A stretch of 64,000 nt of DNA from Octopus sinensis. Taxonomy: Eukaryota. Of the stretch, positions 23,681-37,224 are shown one piece after another (positions within the stretch are counted from its first letter, which is position 1; each line of letters starts with the position of its first letter). A model generated the notes under the pieces. That model worked only from the letters and a program-made list of their open reading frames with translations. It searched no databases and was not told where the DNA came from. The position numbers were made by a program, and so were the translations under genes. The DNA is taken from assembly GCF_006345805.1 (NCBI RefSeq), contig NC_043001.1, forward strand, positions 66,898,001-66,962,000, in the 5' to 3' direction.

Positions 23681-24699
23681 ATTGTATTAGACAATGGGAA
23701 TGATAACTACATATTCTTAAAGTACAAATGTATATGCTGTTGGGATTTCATTCTGATTGACAGTAGTTGTTACTTAGAGAGTGATTAGTGAGCAGGGGCT
23801 TCAAAGGTTGATGATGGTGGTTGTTAGGGAGTCGTCAGTGAGCTGGGTAATCTCTAGAAGGGAGGTAGTTTTAGGTGGAAGGATTGTGTAAGGTGTCAGT
23901 TTCTGGGGCTCTCTATGAGGATTAACTTTTGTGGGTTAAAAATGCAGAGTAGTGTATTTATTAACAAGATTTAGGCAAAGGTAGCAATGAGTTGGGATAT
24001 TTAGAAAAACCAAGGTTATACATGTAGCTGTTTTGTTCTTTGAGATGGAGCAGTTATTGTTTTGTAAATGAAATGGCTACAAGAGAGATGAATGGGAAAT
24101 CTACATCAAGGACAAAAGAAATTGGAAAGGAAATTGATCTACAATATGGAATTTTCTTTTAATGAAGTCTCTCTAAACTTAAGGCTTGAATGTATAAAAA
24201 AATAAAACCATAAGTCTTTTTTATATATATATGTATATATATATATTTGATATTTCTTTATCGTTATTCTCTTTTTTTAATGCATCTCATTGTTTTAGAT
24301 CAAAGCACATTCTCTTGTCATGTTCGATTTTTAAGAAGCAGAAATTAAGACAGTGATAATTGTTTTTGTTTCCCTACAGGTGTGTGTGTGTGCATGCGTG
24401 CATTCATAGTTCTCTGTTTATGTATCTACTATTAATTAAACATGTTTCATAGTTATAAATTTCTATCACTATTGATGAGATTGATTTTGATTTTTCATTC
24501 ATCTAGGGCCCTCTGTTAAATACCAGTGATATCTAATCAACTGCCCTTATTTCATAAGAGGGAAATTAGCGTTATGTATTTTCCTAAGAGCTCACTATTT
24601 ATAGAACTTCCACTAACTCAGTAGTTAAAGTGTACTCTGGGATATGAAATAGTCCTGGGAGCACCATGTGTGTGAAGTCCAGCCTATTTCCACATCATC

Positions 24700-25020
24700 A
24701 TCGTCATTTAACATCTTGTCCATGCTGGCATGGGTTGGACAGTTTGACCAGAGCTGACAAGCTGAGGAGCTGCACCAGACTCAAGTCTGATTTGGCATGG
24801 TTTCTACAGTTAGATGCTCTTCCTAACACCAAGCACCCTGAAAGCGTAATGGATGCTTTTATGTGCCACCGGCATGGGTGCCAGTTGTGTGACACCACTA
24901 TCTGCCATGACTACAATTTCAGTTGGCTTGATGGGTTTTCTATTCAAGCATGGCATATTGCTGAAGGTCTCGATCATGACAAATGACTGAGATCTTCAGC
25001 AATATGCTGTGCTTGAGTAG
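24700..25020 (-). mobile_element. RTE 3' tail copy
   Basis: CATCATCATCGTCATTTAAC...CATGCTGGCATGGGTTGGACAG. Confidence 0.8.
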
Positions 25021-25326
25021 AAAACTATTTAGGCCAATAGTTAGGTCTTCCTATATGGAATGTTGTTGCATCTATAGATTTCTGATTGATCTAGAACTGA
25101 GTTTAATCAGTCATCAACAAAGATGACAGTAATATTTATCTTTGTTAACATAATCTTCATTCATTGAAAACTTGCTCCTGGAAATACAGGTTGTAAGTAA
25201 TATATTGTGTGATACTGGAAATGTGCAATTAATTCTAATTCATTTTAATGTGTGTGTGTGTACATATGTGTCTGTATATGTATTTGAATAGATCCTTTAG
25301 TATTGTTTATTCTGTTTCTTTTACAG

Positions 25327-25338
25327 CGAAAATTTCGG
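25327..25338 (+). CDS. PHLDB: Candidate 12-nt microexon (RKFR) of PHLDB
   Basis: Acceptor TATTCTGTTTCTTTTACAG, then CGA AAA TTT CGG, then donor GTAGGT. Phase 0-0 like the flanking exons. Confidence 0.55.
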
Positions 25339-25475
25339 GTAGGTATATGCCTGGTCTTGTTCATTTTTGATTTGTAACATTACATATCAACTTCATGTCT
25401 GCTCCATACACAAAAAATGGTTTCAATTATTGTTATCATTACTACTACTTACTACTAGTTTTATTGCTGCTGCTG

Positions 25476-25510
<35 letters not shown>

Positions 25511-27152
25511 CTGTCGCTTCTATGTCTCTTTCTAAGAATAAAGCACTGTGGCTATGATAACTACATTGTGCATGGTGTTTACAGACTTTCTCATACTTGG
25601 ATCTATCAGATTTATGCCATTGTGTATGTGTGTTGTGTCCTTTCACTCGTTAATAGGATGGAACAACTTACTCCACACTTAATTATCTACTTTTGTTTTT
25701 ATTATATGGGTTGGACCTGGTGGGATGAGAGTAGTTAGCTTGACACCTAAAGTTCCAGATAGTGTTGAACCAGACAATAGATTGAGATTTCTACCTATTA
25801 ACAGGTACAATCTACCCAGTCCACCCATAAACAGGTACAATGTATGATCTACTCAAAGACTTGTAACCATTTTCACTCACAAGGCTTAGCTTCACTTGAC
25901 CAATAAAATAAAGATGGTAATATTGATACTCCAATATCCTATTTCCTGATTAGCCCCAGGTCACCTCTGATCAAGTAGATTTAACCAAAGGTATCCCAGC
26001 TGTGTCCATTATATTTTTATGACAGTATGGTTGGGATTTAGCAGGGATTTGGCTGCTATTTCTAGCAGATTAAGAAATCCTGTAGAGGTTTGCCACATTG
26101 GTTTGTTATCCCTTGATATGCTGATGCTTTCTCTATCAAATAGTTATGGCTGAAGTGTGGTAAACATTATCAAAATAGGAACGCCAAGGCTGTATATGTA
26201 TACCTATAGCCTATATATGTATCTTAAGTCTATATGTATCCATAATATCTATATGTTTCTGTAGTCTCCATTTATGTGTGCATATGGTATCTATATGTGT
26301 TACTAAAATCTGTTTGTGTATGTGTGTCTATAGCATATGTATATATATTTATAGTATTTATAAATGTATATGTGCATCTATTGTTTGTATATGTGTTTCC
26401 ATGATCTATAGCTGGTTTGTGTGTGTATGGAAACTGTATAAAAAAATGCTTTTAAATGTATTTATGATGAAGTTTTAGAATCTAGTATAAGTAGACCCAA
26501 GCATGACTGTAGTTCAATGTTCTCTTTTAAATTTGAACTTTAATACTTTGACTTTATAATTTCTAAAACCCTCACTTGTATTGCTACAACTATTATCCCA
26601 GTCCCATATAGAGTTCTCTTTATACAATGCTGAAATGTCATTGAAATCAGAGCTAATTGGTTGTATCAGCTCTGTCTTGTCTCTCCAATATTTATACTGT
26701 CACTTCTCAGGTCTTGAATGTTGCTTCTCTAAACTGAGTTTCTTCTTCCTCTCCCCCTATCAACTGCAGTCTACCAAACCAAGCATAACCCCTTCAATTT
26801 CACAACTGCCTTCACATATTGAAAACATCAAAGCAACGGTTAATTTGCAATAGCAGGGAAATTAGCTGGAGGGAAATTTTTGAAAAGCAAAACTTATTTT
26901 ATCAAAATAACTTTTATTTTGGGTTATTTGAAGTCTAGTTACCCCATATGTACAAGTATTATAGGGTTCAAAATTGTATAAATGTCAAAAGATTGAGACA
27001 GATGAGGGAACAACAAACAGGGTGTATTAATTTGACACTCAGGAAAAACTGACATTTTGAGCTTATGCACTTTTACAGAAAAGAACGAGAAGAGAAAACA
27101 GATGGAGAGAGGAAAACGAAAATGAAGAGAAAAAAAGAACATATCTGGTTTA

Positions 27153-27203
<51 letters not shown>

Positions 27204-28914
27204 TATATGTATATAATTGCCTGTGTGTATTATAAGATCAAACAAATTATTACTGATTGTGGCATATAATTGGTTATGCCAGTGGCAATATTTGGCACAA
27301 AATAAAAGTTTACATCATACATGTGCATGTGTGTTTATACATGTGTGTTTATACCTTGGTTATTCTAAACTGGAGTAGTTTAACAAAGTTTTTGTACATA
27401 AACTGAACTGTCACTATGATAGAATCATCAGAATACATTCTAGACACACATTGTATCAGAGAATGAAGATGTATAACTTATTGTTCCTTCTTTTTTGTTT
27501 GTATCTAATTAAAATTCCAAGGATGAAATTCTAACTCTGGATTATAGAAATATCCTCTCTCTAGTTGTTTACCTAGTTTTCTTTAAAAAATAAATAGTAA
27601 TTATTTTTTATGAAGAATTTCCCAATTTCTTTTGTCAAGAATAATCCTCTCCTTAACTCTTTGCATCAAATTTCTTTTAAAAAATTAAAATATAATAAAT
27701 AGATAAGTGTGTGAATATTTTTCTCTTTCTCTGCCAGGCTGTTTATCTTGAGAATTATTGTCCACCAATGAGTCACCACAATGAACCACTTGCCATCTAT
27801 TACATATTTTATCTTACCTCATGGTGGCCTATTGTTATGGCAGAAAAAAATTTATTTCTTGTATATATCATCTCTTTTGCTTACCAACTCTATTTGTAAT
27901 CTCTATCAGTGTGCTAACTCCTTCTCTCTATATATAAATACACATGTACAGAGAGAGAAAGCGTGAGGGAGATTTTTTTTATCTCTCCCTTTCTCTCTCA
28001 TTTTCCCAGCATGCTTATCTTACTTTATGCTGAAATCTTGTTCTCTTATCCAATCTGCAAATAAGATGTAATATATTCCAGAAGACTGCTGTCTGTTGTT
28101 TTTCCTTCAAATTTTTCCCATATCTGCAGTTTTACTTGTCACTTCCTTATCTCTCTATGAAACCAACAACATTTACCAGCCAAGTCTTCATTTGACTTTA
28201 TTCTCTGTATTCCTTCATTACAGAACCACTCTACATTTACAGTATAGAAACATGTGTGTATCTTTCTCTTTTCACACACTGCCGCATCAGTAGACACACT
28301 AAACTCAGACAATGTGCTAGATTCAAGGCTACCATGTACCAAAAGAACAGTTACTTCAACCTTCAAAAAGACAGACTGGATTAGAAAACATGTTACACAT
28401 CAATGGCTGTCACCACACCTCCGCCTGGCTGATCAATTCTATAGCATAAATTCTACACACTGTGTGTGTGTTATACTTTCAGTAGAGGTTGATTGATTTA
28501 CCTGTGTCAATCAATTAAGAATGCATAATTCTTATTTCCTGATCTGTTGATTGTATCAAACTTCAATGTCTATAAAGTTTTTGGATAAAGTTGACTTCTC
28601 GTGATTATAGGTGCTCCTTGAAGCAGATAAAAGTCTTACTATATATCTTTCGTGATTTCACGAACATAAATGAAAAGTACTTCATGCATATATATATATA
28701 TATATATATAATAATAATAAATATTAGGGAATAAATCCAAATTTACAGGGAAAAAATCAGATTTAGGATTAAATCCAATTTTATAGTAAAATATTATATA
28801 ATATTAATTAGAGACAATTAATATTATATATATATATAGATAGTTAGATAGATTGATAGATATAAATATGTGTGTATGTATATGTATATATATATACTAC
28901 ACACACACATATAT

Positions 28915-29070
28915 ATACTACAGGCTTCTTTCAGTTTCCATCTACCAAATCCACTCACAAGGCTTTGGTCTGCTTGAGTCTATAGTAGACACTTACCCAA
29001 GGGGTCACACAATGGAACTGAACCCGGAACCATCTGGTTGGGAAGTAAGCTTCTTACCATACAGCCATGC
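28915..29070 (-). mobile_element. SINE family A 5' half
   Basis: Reverse complement of 7768-7925. Confidence 0.8.
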
Positions 29071-29454
29071 TTGTATATATGTATATATATTTGTGTGTGG
29101 AAAGGATCTCTGTCTATCGGCAATGTGAATTCAGCTGTTCAACCAATTGAATTACCTGCTCCTGAATTAACACACAAGTGACAGAGTATGTCACAGACAT
29201 GTATACCCTTAAATTTATTCTCAAACAGAATCAATGCAACACAAAATGTAATGAGGATGTACCTGTTAAATACAGTCATGCATTTTTTCCCACTGGGTTT
29301 CTATACAGTTTCTCCCTATACAATTTCACTCAAGGTTTGAATTGATTTAAGGCTCTTTTAAATGACATTTATCGAGTATGTCATAAAGCTGGATAGGACA
29401 TGTGACCTTGTTATTGGGAAGCAAACTTCTTAACCATTTGACCATACTTCCCTC

Positions 29455-29527
<73 letters not shown>

Positions 29528-29879
29528 ATCTCAATGGTCTATGTTGTTTGCATATCTGGGTTGGTGTTGCTGCTGCTTGTGGTACTTACATAAGCCATCT
29601 ACTGAAAGACAAAGATTCATTCGGCATTGTTATATTATAGACACATTTTCTCTTCATTCTACCTTTTCTACCACTACTACAGTGACATTTTTCTCAACTA
29701 CTTTGCATATTCTTTCCATTCCAGTCAACATATTCCTTTCATGCTCCCTTTGTACCTCCCTTGATTCCTCATTAAACATTATTTTCTTCCCCTTCCTCCA
29801 CTCCATTTGACTCAAGATAACCATCTCCAAAGGTTATTGGTACTATTATTACTCCAATAACAAAAATCAATTGCATGCC

Positions 29880-30330
29880 CACTACTTTCATCATCATCAA
29901 CATCATTTAATGCCATCTTCTCTGCTGACATGGGCAGGATTGATTGACAGAATGCAATGGGACCAAGCGCTACATAATGCTCCATTGTCTGTTTTGGCAA
30001 AGTTTCTGCAGCTGAATGCTCTTCGTAAAACCAACACTTTACAGCATATAAATAGATGCTTTTTTTCATATGCACCAACATCATTGAGGTCATCATGCAG
30101 CCTGCAAGACTAAGATCTCTTTTAACTAAGTGGAGCTATGAGAGGGGCGTGGCTTTATGCTGCAAGATGAAGGTTACAGTATGAGAAAATGGTACAGGAA
30201 GGAATAGGTTTCCTTTTTGTAGAGGAGCTATACAGATCCTCATAAAAAGCAGTGCAGATGAAGTTACTAGGGTGCAGCTGGAATGAATTAAAACTTCATC
30301 ATGGGACCAATTTGACATAACTTTCATCGA
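29880..30330 (-). mobile_element. RTE 3' tail copy (decayed)
   Basis: CATCATCATCAACATCATTTAATG...CAGCTGAATGCTCTT. Confidence 0.65.
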
Positions 30331-31478
30331 CGAAATTTTTTAATATATGACAATTATGACTTGGAAAGAAATATCTGAGAGAATAGTATCAGTAAAATAA
30401 TGAATGATATATCAGTAAATAAATGATTTACCCTGAAATATTTTCAAGTGCTTTTGATAAATTATTCATGTTGAGTAAAGACATTTTCCTCTGCACTGCC
30501 CTCACTTCTACCTCTATCCCTGTTAATCAAAAGGAAATAATTAAATATCTCTCATGATCATAATCAATAATCATTTATTTATTTATTTTTACTAGAAATA
30601 TAAGCTTTTATTTCCTTCCCAGCCACCTCACCTCATTGAAATGGTTTTCTCAATATATTACATTATTATTATTATTATTATTTTGCTTCCAATTGAAATC
30701 TTTGCAATTCACTTACTTTCTAATTACATCCATTCCTTCTTAATTTCTAATTATATCTATACCTCATCTCTGTACTTCACTCCACTTTCACTTTCAAATT
30801 TTTACTTTTTGTTTGTTTATTGTCATTATATTTATCACTGCATTAAGACTTTGCTTATATACTCATAATGAGGCATTTTTCTCTTGTAGATCTAAATAAT
30901 TTTTTTGTTCCTATGTCTTTGATAATGTTGCTAACAGTCTGATAACTTCACAATTGCCATTATTATCAAGAAATCTTCTCTGTTACCTGATTTCTAATAT
31001 TTTCTTCCTAATTTGATGTTTGCTGGCATGGCATGTGTGGTAAAGAATTTACTTTGCAACCACATGGTTCCATGTTTGTTCCAATTGCACGACATCTTAG
31101 AAGTGTCTTGTGTTGATCAATATCATATGAGTGAAAATTGGTGGCTGGAAACTATGTGCAAGTTCATAGCATGTATGTGTGTATTTTGCCAATGTATAAT
31201 TATGATGTAAACATCATCCCCCCCAAAAAAGGAAAACCTCTACTCTCCCATTAGAATGCTTTGTGATATTTGTTCAGCATTGAGTTATGAACACTCTTTT
31301 GTCACTATTACCAACAGAAATACAGTGAACCAGTAATTGATTTATTGGAGTGCTATAACCATTGGCAACATTATTTTTCACCACGTGATATAAAATGTCT
31401 ATTGTACATTCCAGTTTCATTTCTCAAGAGTGTCTTTAATAAAAAGAAGTTATCTCTTGAAAAGAATAAAAAGTGTTG

Positions 31479-31549
<71 letters not shown>

Positions 31550-32499
31550 CACCTTTAGAAACATGATAGAGTCGGCTCATCCACCTTCAGAATTACCCAG
31601 TGCTATCAGTAGTAAGATTATATACTTCCAAGTTTATATCTGGGCATTCATCGTGTGTGAATATGAAATGTATACACGAGTTTGTGTGTGAGACTGTATG
31701 TGTGTATGTAATGGCCAGCTTTAGAAATTAACATGTGCAGCCAACCACAAAGGGCATATCAGAGATACAACCAAATAGAACATTTAAATGCCAGCCAGTA
31801 CCATCCACTGTCATACATAGCAGCCTGACAAATGCACTCTCATGGCATACACCATAATATGTATGCAAGGCACTGATACATTCAAACCATAACAAACAAA
31901 GAAGGCCTTGAAGTAGAAGATTTTAAACTAATGTAGACAACACTCACATATCACTGGAGGAAACACAACTAGATCTCATTATGCAAACAATCAGTTGTGT
32001 AGTCAAGTACCTGTATTCTTGGAGAACTACATTGCATCGAAAAGAATTGTTGTGAATAATAAATAAATGTCCAACCATACTCCTTCTTTCTGACTCCAAT
32101 TTCTTCAGTTATATATATATATATATATAATATCAACCTTGTATAATTCTTTGGTTGAATCAAATTTTTACTAACTAGTTTAAAAATTAAATTGATTTGT
32201 TTTTATAAAAGCCACAAAACAATTTAACAGAACAAAAGAAAATGGGGTAGGTGGGATTTTAATGATAAAATTTGAGTGTGAATAAATAAAATGTATTTTT
32301 ATGCCTTTGGACGTGAATGTTGTAAATAAATAACAAATATAAACCAACAAACAATAAAAAAAGATATGCAAAAACAAAACAAACCACTCTAAGGCTATAT
32401 CAATTGTAAAATTGATGAGTTTGGGTGTATTTGTTAAAAGTTATCTGTTATGAACAATTCAATCCAAAAATTTTTTAAATCTCATATATACAAGTGCAG

Positions 32500-32775
32500 G
32501 CCTAGGTGTGTGGTAAGAAGCTTGCTTCCCAACGACATGTTTCTGGGTTTAGTCCCATTGTGGTACCTTGAGCAAGAAGCCTTGTCTGTTTGTCCTCCCA
32601 TCACTGCTTGACAACTAGTGTTGGTGTGTTTACATCCCCATAACTTTTGGCAAAAGTGACTGATAAAATAAGTGCCAGACTTCAAAAATAAGTCATGGGG
32701 ACAATTTGCTCAACTAAAACCCTTCAAGCTGGTGCTCCAGCATGACCACAGTCAACTGAGGGAAACAAACAAAAG
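32500..32775 (+). mobile_element. SINE family A (internally deleted). Further decayed copies at about 31025-31215, 36575-36930 (+) and 60300-60445 (-)
   Basis: GTGTGTGGTAAGAAGCTTGCTTCCCAA head and GGTGCTCCAGCATGACCACAGTC tail. Confidence 0.75.
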
Positions 32776-33357
32776 AATATATATGTATAAGCAAAGTTTA
32801 GGTTAGTTAAAATATGCTTGTGATACATTTCAACTAGCTCTTTAGTCATTATCAATTGGAAATACTTCAGAGAAGCAACTCTAGACAGACCTTATCAAAG
32901 CATAGCTTTAACTAAAATACAGTCAACAACATTGACTGATTTGCACCAGTAGACCGCCAAGGTTATGGAAATTACCTTAATATCAATGCCAAGCAGTGTT
33001 CAGGCATAAGCAAAGTTTAGGTTAGTTAAAATGTTTGTTTAAATTATATATATATATGCATGTGTGTATGTGTGTCTCTCTCTCTCTATATATATATACA
33101 TATGTGAGTGTATGTGCCTATATATATATACATATATATATATGTGTGTGTGTATATGAGAGAGAGAAAGATACATGTGTATGTGTGTAGATAGATAGCT
33201 TTTGGTAAAACAAAAGACTTGAAATAAACTTCAATGAAATCATTTATCAGTACTTTACTGTTTGTCCATCACCCCCTTATTTTTTCTTTTATTCTGTTAA
33301 ATTTTCCAAATTTCGTCAGCCTTGATTGTATCAGTTTAGATTTAATATTAATTAAGC

Positions 33358-33520
33358 AAAAGGCTGTGAGCTGGCAGAAATGTTAGCGGTATTTTGTCTG
33401 TCTTTACATTCTGAGTTCAAATTCTGCCATGGTTAGCTTTTATCCTCTTGGGGTTGATAAATTAATCGACTGGCCCCTCTCCCAAAATTTTGGGCCTTGT
33501 GCTTAGAGTAGAAAAGAATA
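33358..33520 (+). mobile_element. SINE family B
   Basis: GAGCTGGCAGAAATGTTAGC...ACATTCTGAGTTCAAATTCTGCC. Confidence 0.75.
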
Positions 33521-33801
33521 TTAATTAAGCAAAATCAAAATTAATTTGGTTTTGTTAGATCTATAAAAAAAATTATAATATATATATTATTTTCTTACAA
33601 AATTGTATACATTTTTATTTATTTTTGTAAATCTTTGGATTATATTCCAAATTTCTTTTCATAAAGTGAAGAACAAAATAGTAATTAAACTAGCTTAATT
33701 TTGTCTAGTCAGCTTATTAGAATTCTAAAGCAAATTAGAAATATTTATTTTGAAAAAAAAAAACGAAATTGTTCTTAAAATTCTAATGTAGTCAGTTTTA
33801 A

Positions 33802-34028
33802 TCCTTTCAATACCAATCACTTCAGACTGACCTTGGTTCTGTGATACAAATTTCCTATTTTAAAGCAATGTAAATTGAAAACTTTTCATCAAAATTCCAT
33901 GTTAATGTTTTAAACACCAACCAGCTTAATAATGAGAAAATTATTTTATTAAATTTTGCTTTATTTCTGAAATTAAGTAAAATACAAGTAGTGTATTATT
34001 CTAAAGAAATATGGTGACAAAAGTGTTT
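33802..34028 (+). mobile_element. Second piggyBac-type MITE (decayed right end)
   Basis: Begins TTAA-TCCTTTCAATACCA and ends ...ATATGGTGACAAAAGTG-TTTTAA. Confidence 0.5.
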
Positions 34029-34074
34029 TAAAAATATAGTATCAGAAACTGAAATATAATCTTCCAATATAAGT

Positions 34075-34292
34075 TATGCTGCAGCAATTTGACAGAACAG
34101 TTATCATGCTGGGCAAAATGCTTAGCAGCATTTTGGTTGTCTTTATGGTTTGAGTTCAAGATCTGCCAAGGTCAACTTTGCCTTTCATCTTTTCAAGGTC
34201 AATAAAATAAGTACCAGTTGGACACTGAGATCAACGTAATCAGCTTACCCACTCTCCTGAAATTGCTGGTCTTGTGCCAGAATATGAAACCT
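34075..34292 (+). mobile_element. SINE family B
   Basis: GGGCAAAATGCTTAGC...GTCAACTTTGCCTTTCATC...AAGTACCAGTTG. Confidence 0.75.
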
Positions 34293-34404
34293 ATTTTACA
34301 GTTATCTATTGGTGTATTCTATTACAGCTTCTTGTATCTGTTAATGTAATTTTTAAATTTAAAATTAATTCAAATACATCGTTGGTGTTTTTCTTCTTTT
34401 GCAG

Positions 34405-34596
34405 GATCTTGAACTGATAGAAGTAGAAAAAAAGAAATTACTAGAATTGGAGAAAAAACATTATGAAACAGAACAATTATTAGAGGCATGTATTGTAGAA
34501 GATGAAGACAACCTTTTGGAACGTTATCAGAATGAGCATGAAGTTCTTGATAATCAGCGAATATATTTTGACAATTTAGAATTTGAAAAATTAGAG
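34405..34596 (+). CDS. PHLDB: PHLDB exon C: DLELIEVEKKKLLELEKKHYETEQLLEACIVEDEDNLLERYQNEHEVLDNQRIYFDNLEFEKLE
   Basis: TTCTTCTTTTGCAG acceptor and GAG|GTGTGT donor, 192 bp, phase 0-0. FDNLEFEKLE resembles the recalled PHLDB FEDLEFQQLE motif. Confidence 0.9.
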
Positions 34597-35886
34597 GTGT
34601 GTATTTTTGAATGTTTTTTCCTTTAGTTAGAACCTAATGTGTAATATTACAAAATATAAGTCAACAGTCAGCAATGTTTCTATGAATTCTGATTCTGTTG
34701 AAGTGATTTGACGTAAGAAAGATTTGAGCTTTTCATATCAGACCACTCTCACTCTGATCACATTTCTTGAGGGCCATACATTTATAAGCTTAAGCCAAGA
34801 GTGCATCACAAAGTTGACGTTTCCTGAGGACAAGAAAATACTTCATTTCTGAGTAGTTTACAGCCTTCTACAAGGTATTAATACAACCCACATTAGAGGA
34901 TTACTGATATTTTGCTGGAATGGTATACCACCTCTCTCTGTATATTGTGTGCGTGTGTGTGTGTATGTATATATATATATATATATATGAAAATCTTTGG
35001 CAACATAATCAAAGTCATTCAACTGGTAGTCAAAACTAGAACCCACAAACATGAGATCTTTTACTGGTGTTATGAGTTTCCCTTTTTTAACAAGCTGTAG
35101 GTAATAACTGTCTCTCTCTGTCTGCACCACTTAGCAAATTTCTTTTATTTCTTTTTACTCAATCTTTTTTACATAAAACTAAACTTCTTAAGATGAAATA
35201 ATTTTCAAAATGTTCAACTTTTTCCACCAAAACATTACAAAAAAGAAAAAGGGATAACACCTAACTCTTCTACCCCATGCAAAGTCCCTGATGTTAGTCC
35301 ATATTAGTTACAGTTCTCATGTTTGGAATAGGAATTTGTTGGACTATAGTATGAAGAAAACCTTTTCATCACTATAATAGGTCTTTCTCTTCAACCTTGA
35401 CTCTATTGATGATAATCTCTACCTATATTGATGGTAATTTTTACATAATCTGTATTGATAATCTCTACTGATTGCTATTGATAATTAGCTAAGGTGCAGA
35501 TTTCATCTAGCTAATGAACCTAGGACTCACATATTGGTTGATTTTCTTCTTTTATCCACCCCAACCCAATACTTCTAACTTGGTAAGCAATCCATTTTAA
35601 TAAGTTTCATTCCTTTTTGTAGAATAGAGATGTAAATTAAACTTACAATTATGTGTATTTTGTAAATACACATGTTATCAGTGACTGTATGTTTTCATGG
35701 TCAGAGAAATTAATTAAACTCTGTTGAGTAACAATAATGAGCCAGCAACAAGGTATATCCACCATTTCCACTCTTCATTTACAATGTTTATACTGTTGAG
35801 GATTGCATGACCATCTCACAATCTTGTTTGTTGTCTCTTGAAGTTGTGTGCCTGCTTTAGAAATCCTTATTTCATTTTTGTTTCAG

Positions 35887-35979
35887 TCGGAATCAAAATT
35901 TGAACAAGAAAAGGAGCTTGTTCGAGGAGAAATTCTAAAAAACCAAAATACTTTACTTGATAAATATAAATCACGAGAG
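35887..35979 (+). CDS. PHLDB: PHLDB exon D: SESKFEQEKELVRGEILKNQNTLLDKYKSRE
   Basis: TTTTTGTTTCAG acceptor and GAG|GTAAGT donor, 93 bp, phase 0-0. Resembles recalled ESRLDEEKE. Confidence 0.9.
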
Positions 35980-37092
35980 GTAAGTAGGATGCTTGTCTTG
36001 TTTATGTTCTTTAATCATTTCAATTTACAACATCCATTGTGGAGGTTGTTTGCATGCTATATCCTTAAACAGTAGACATCATCAATTGATGTTTCATTAG
36101 AGAACAGTGGACATCATCAAGTGATATTTCAAACATTTTACATGGATACAGCATCTGCTTCACCAAATCTGCCACAGTGTAAGCAGCTTTTCCAGATGAG
36201 AGAAATCAAGTTGCAAATGGAAGATTTATACAGCGATAAAGTTTTTTTTGTTCTCACTTTCTTCCAACATCAAATAAGACAGATGATGATGCTCTCGATG
36301 CATGGAAAAAGTGCACTGGTTGTTTTCTATTTGTACATTTGTTTCACTACAATGATGCAAGAATCTCATATGAATTTGTTGCTCTTTTGTCTTTATTTTT
36401 ACAATCTAAGAGAGATAAAATATCATTTTCATATTTTTTGTAATTGTTTAAGTGAAAATAAGTATAAAAATTACCATTAAGGAAAAAAAGATATTTTGGA
36501 TTTTTTTGGTTTTCTTTTGGTATACACTTTCATGCTAACTTTTCTTGCTGTTTAAGGTGTTAAAAGTTCACTTTTCAATTATAGTTCTGAGTTCAATCCC
36601 ACTTGTGTGACACCTTAGGCAAGTGCCTACTACCTTAGCCTTTGCCAGTACTTTGTGGTAAACTGTTTGAAAGTTTGTTGAACACATGTGTGCACTTCTG
36701 TCTGTGTGTATGAGAGAGGGAGAGAGAGAACATTGTTAAAAAAATTCATTGCTTCAAAAAGAAATACCTCGTGGCATTAAGTCCTTTCTATTTGCCTCTT
36801 ATTCCATAGGATTCACTCAGTCTGTCAACTTCCTCTGAGGTAAATAGATAAGTACTGGGGTCAACCCATCCCTGAAGATAGTGCTGCAGCATGGTCACAG
36901 TCCATTGATTTAAACTTGTTAAAAGAATAGACTGCCTCATTAGTTACAAAACAGATTCCACATTGTTACTCCTTGGCAGTGACATTGCACTAATTGAGTC
37001 TGTCTTAAAAAGTGGTACACTCTTCTTTCCATGCATCTTGATTCATTAAATTACTAGAAATTGATGAATGTGTACTGAATGGGTGTGTGTGT

Positions 37093-37177
<85 letters not shown>

Positions 37178-37224
37178 GGCGGTGCCCCAGCATGGCCACA
37201 GCTCATTAGCTGAAACTGGAAAAA

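Noticed and set aside
36121-36480. 119-aa ORF downstream of exon D
   Set aside because: Non-ATG start, no recognisable motif, no matching splice pair; intronic.
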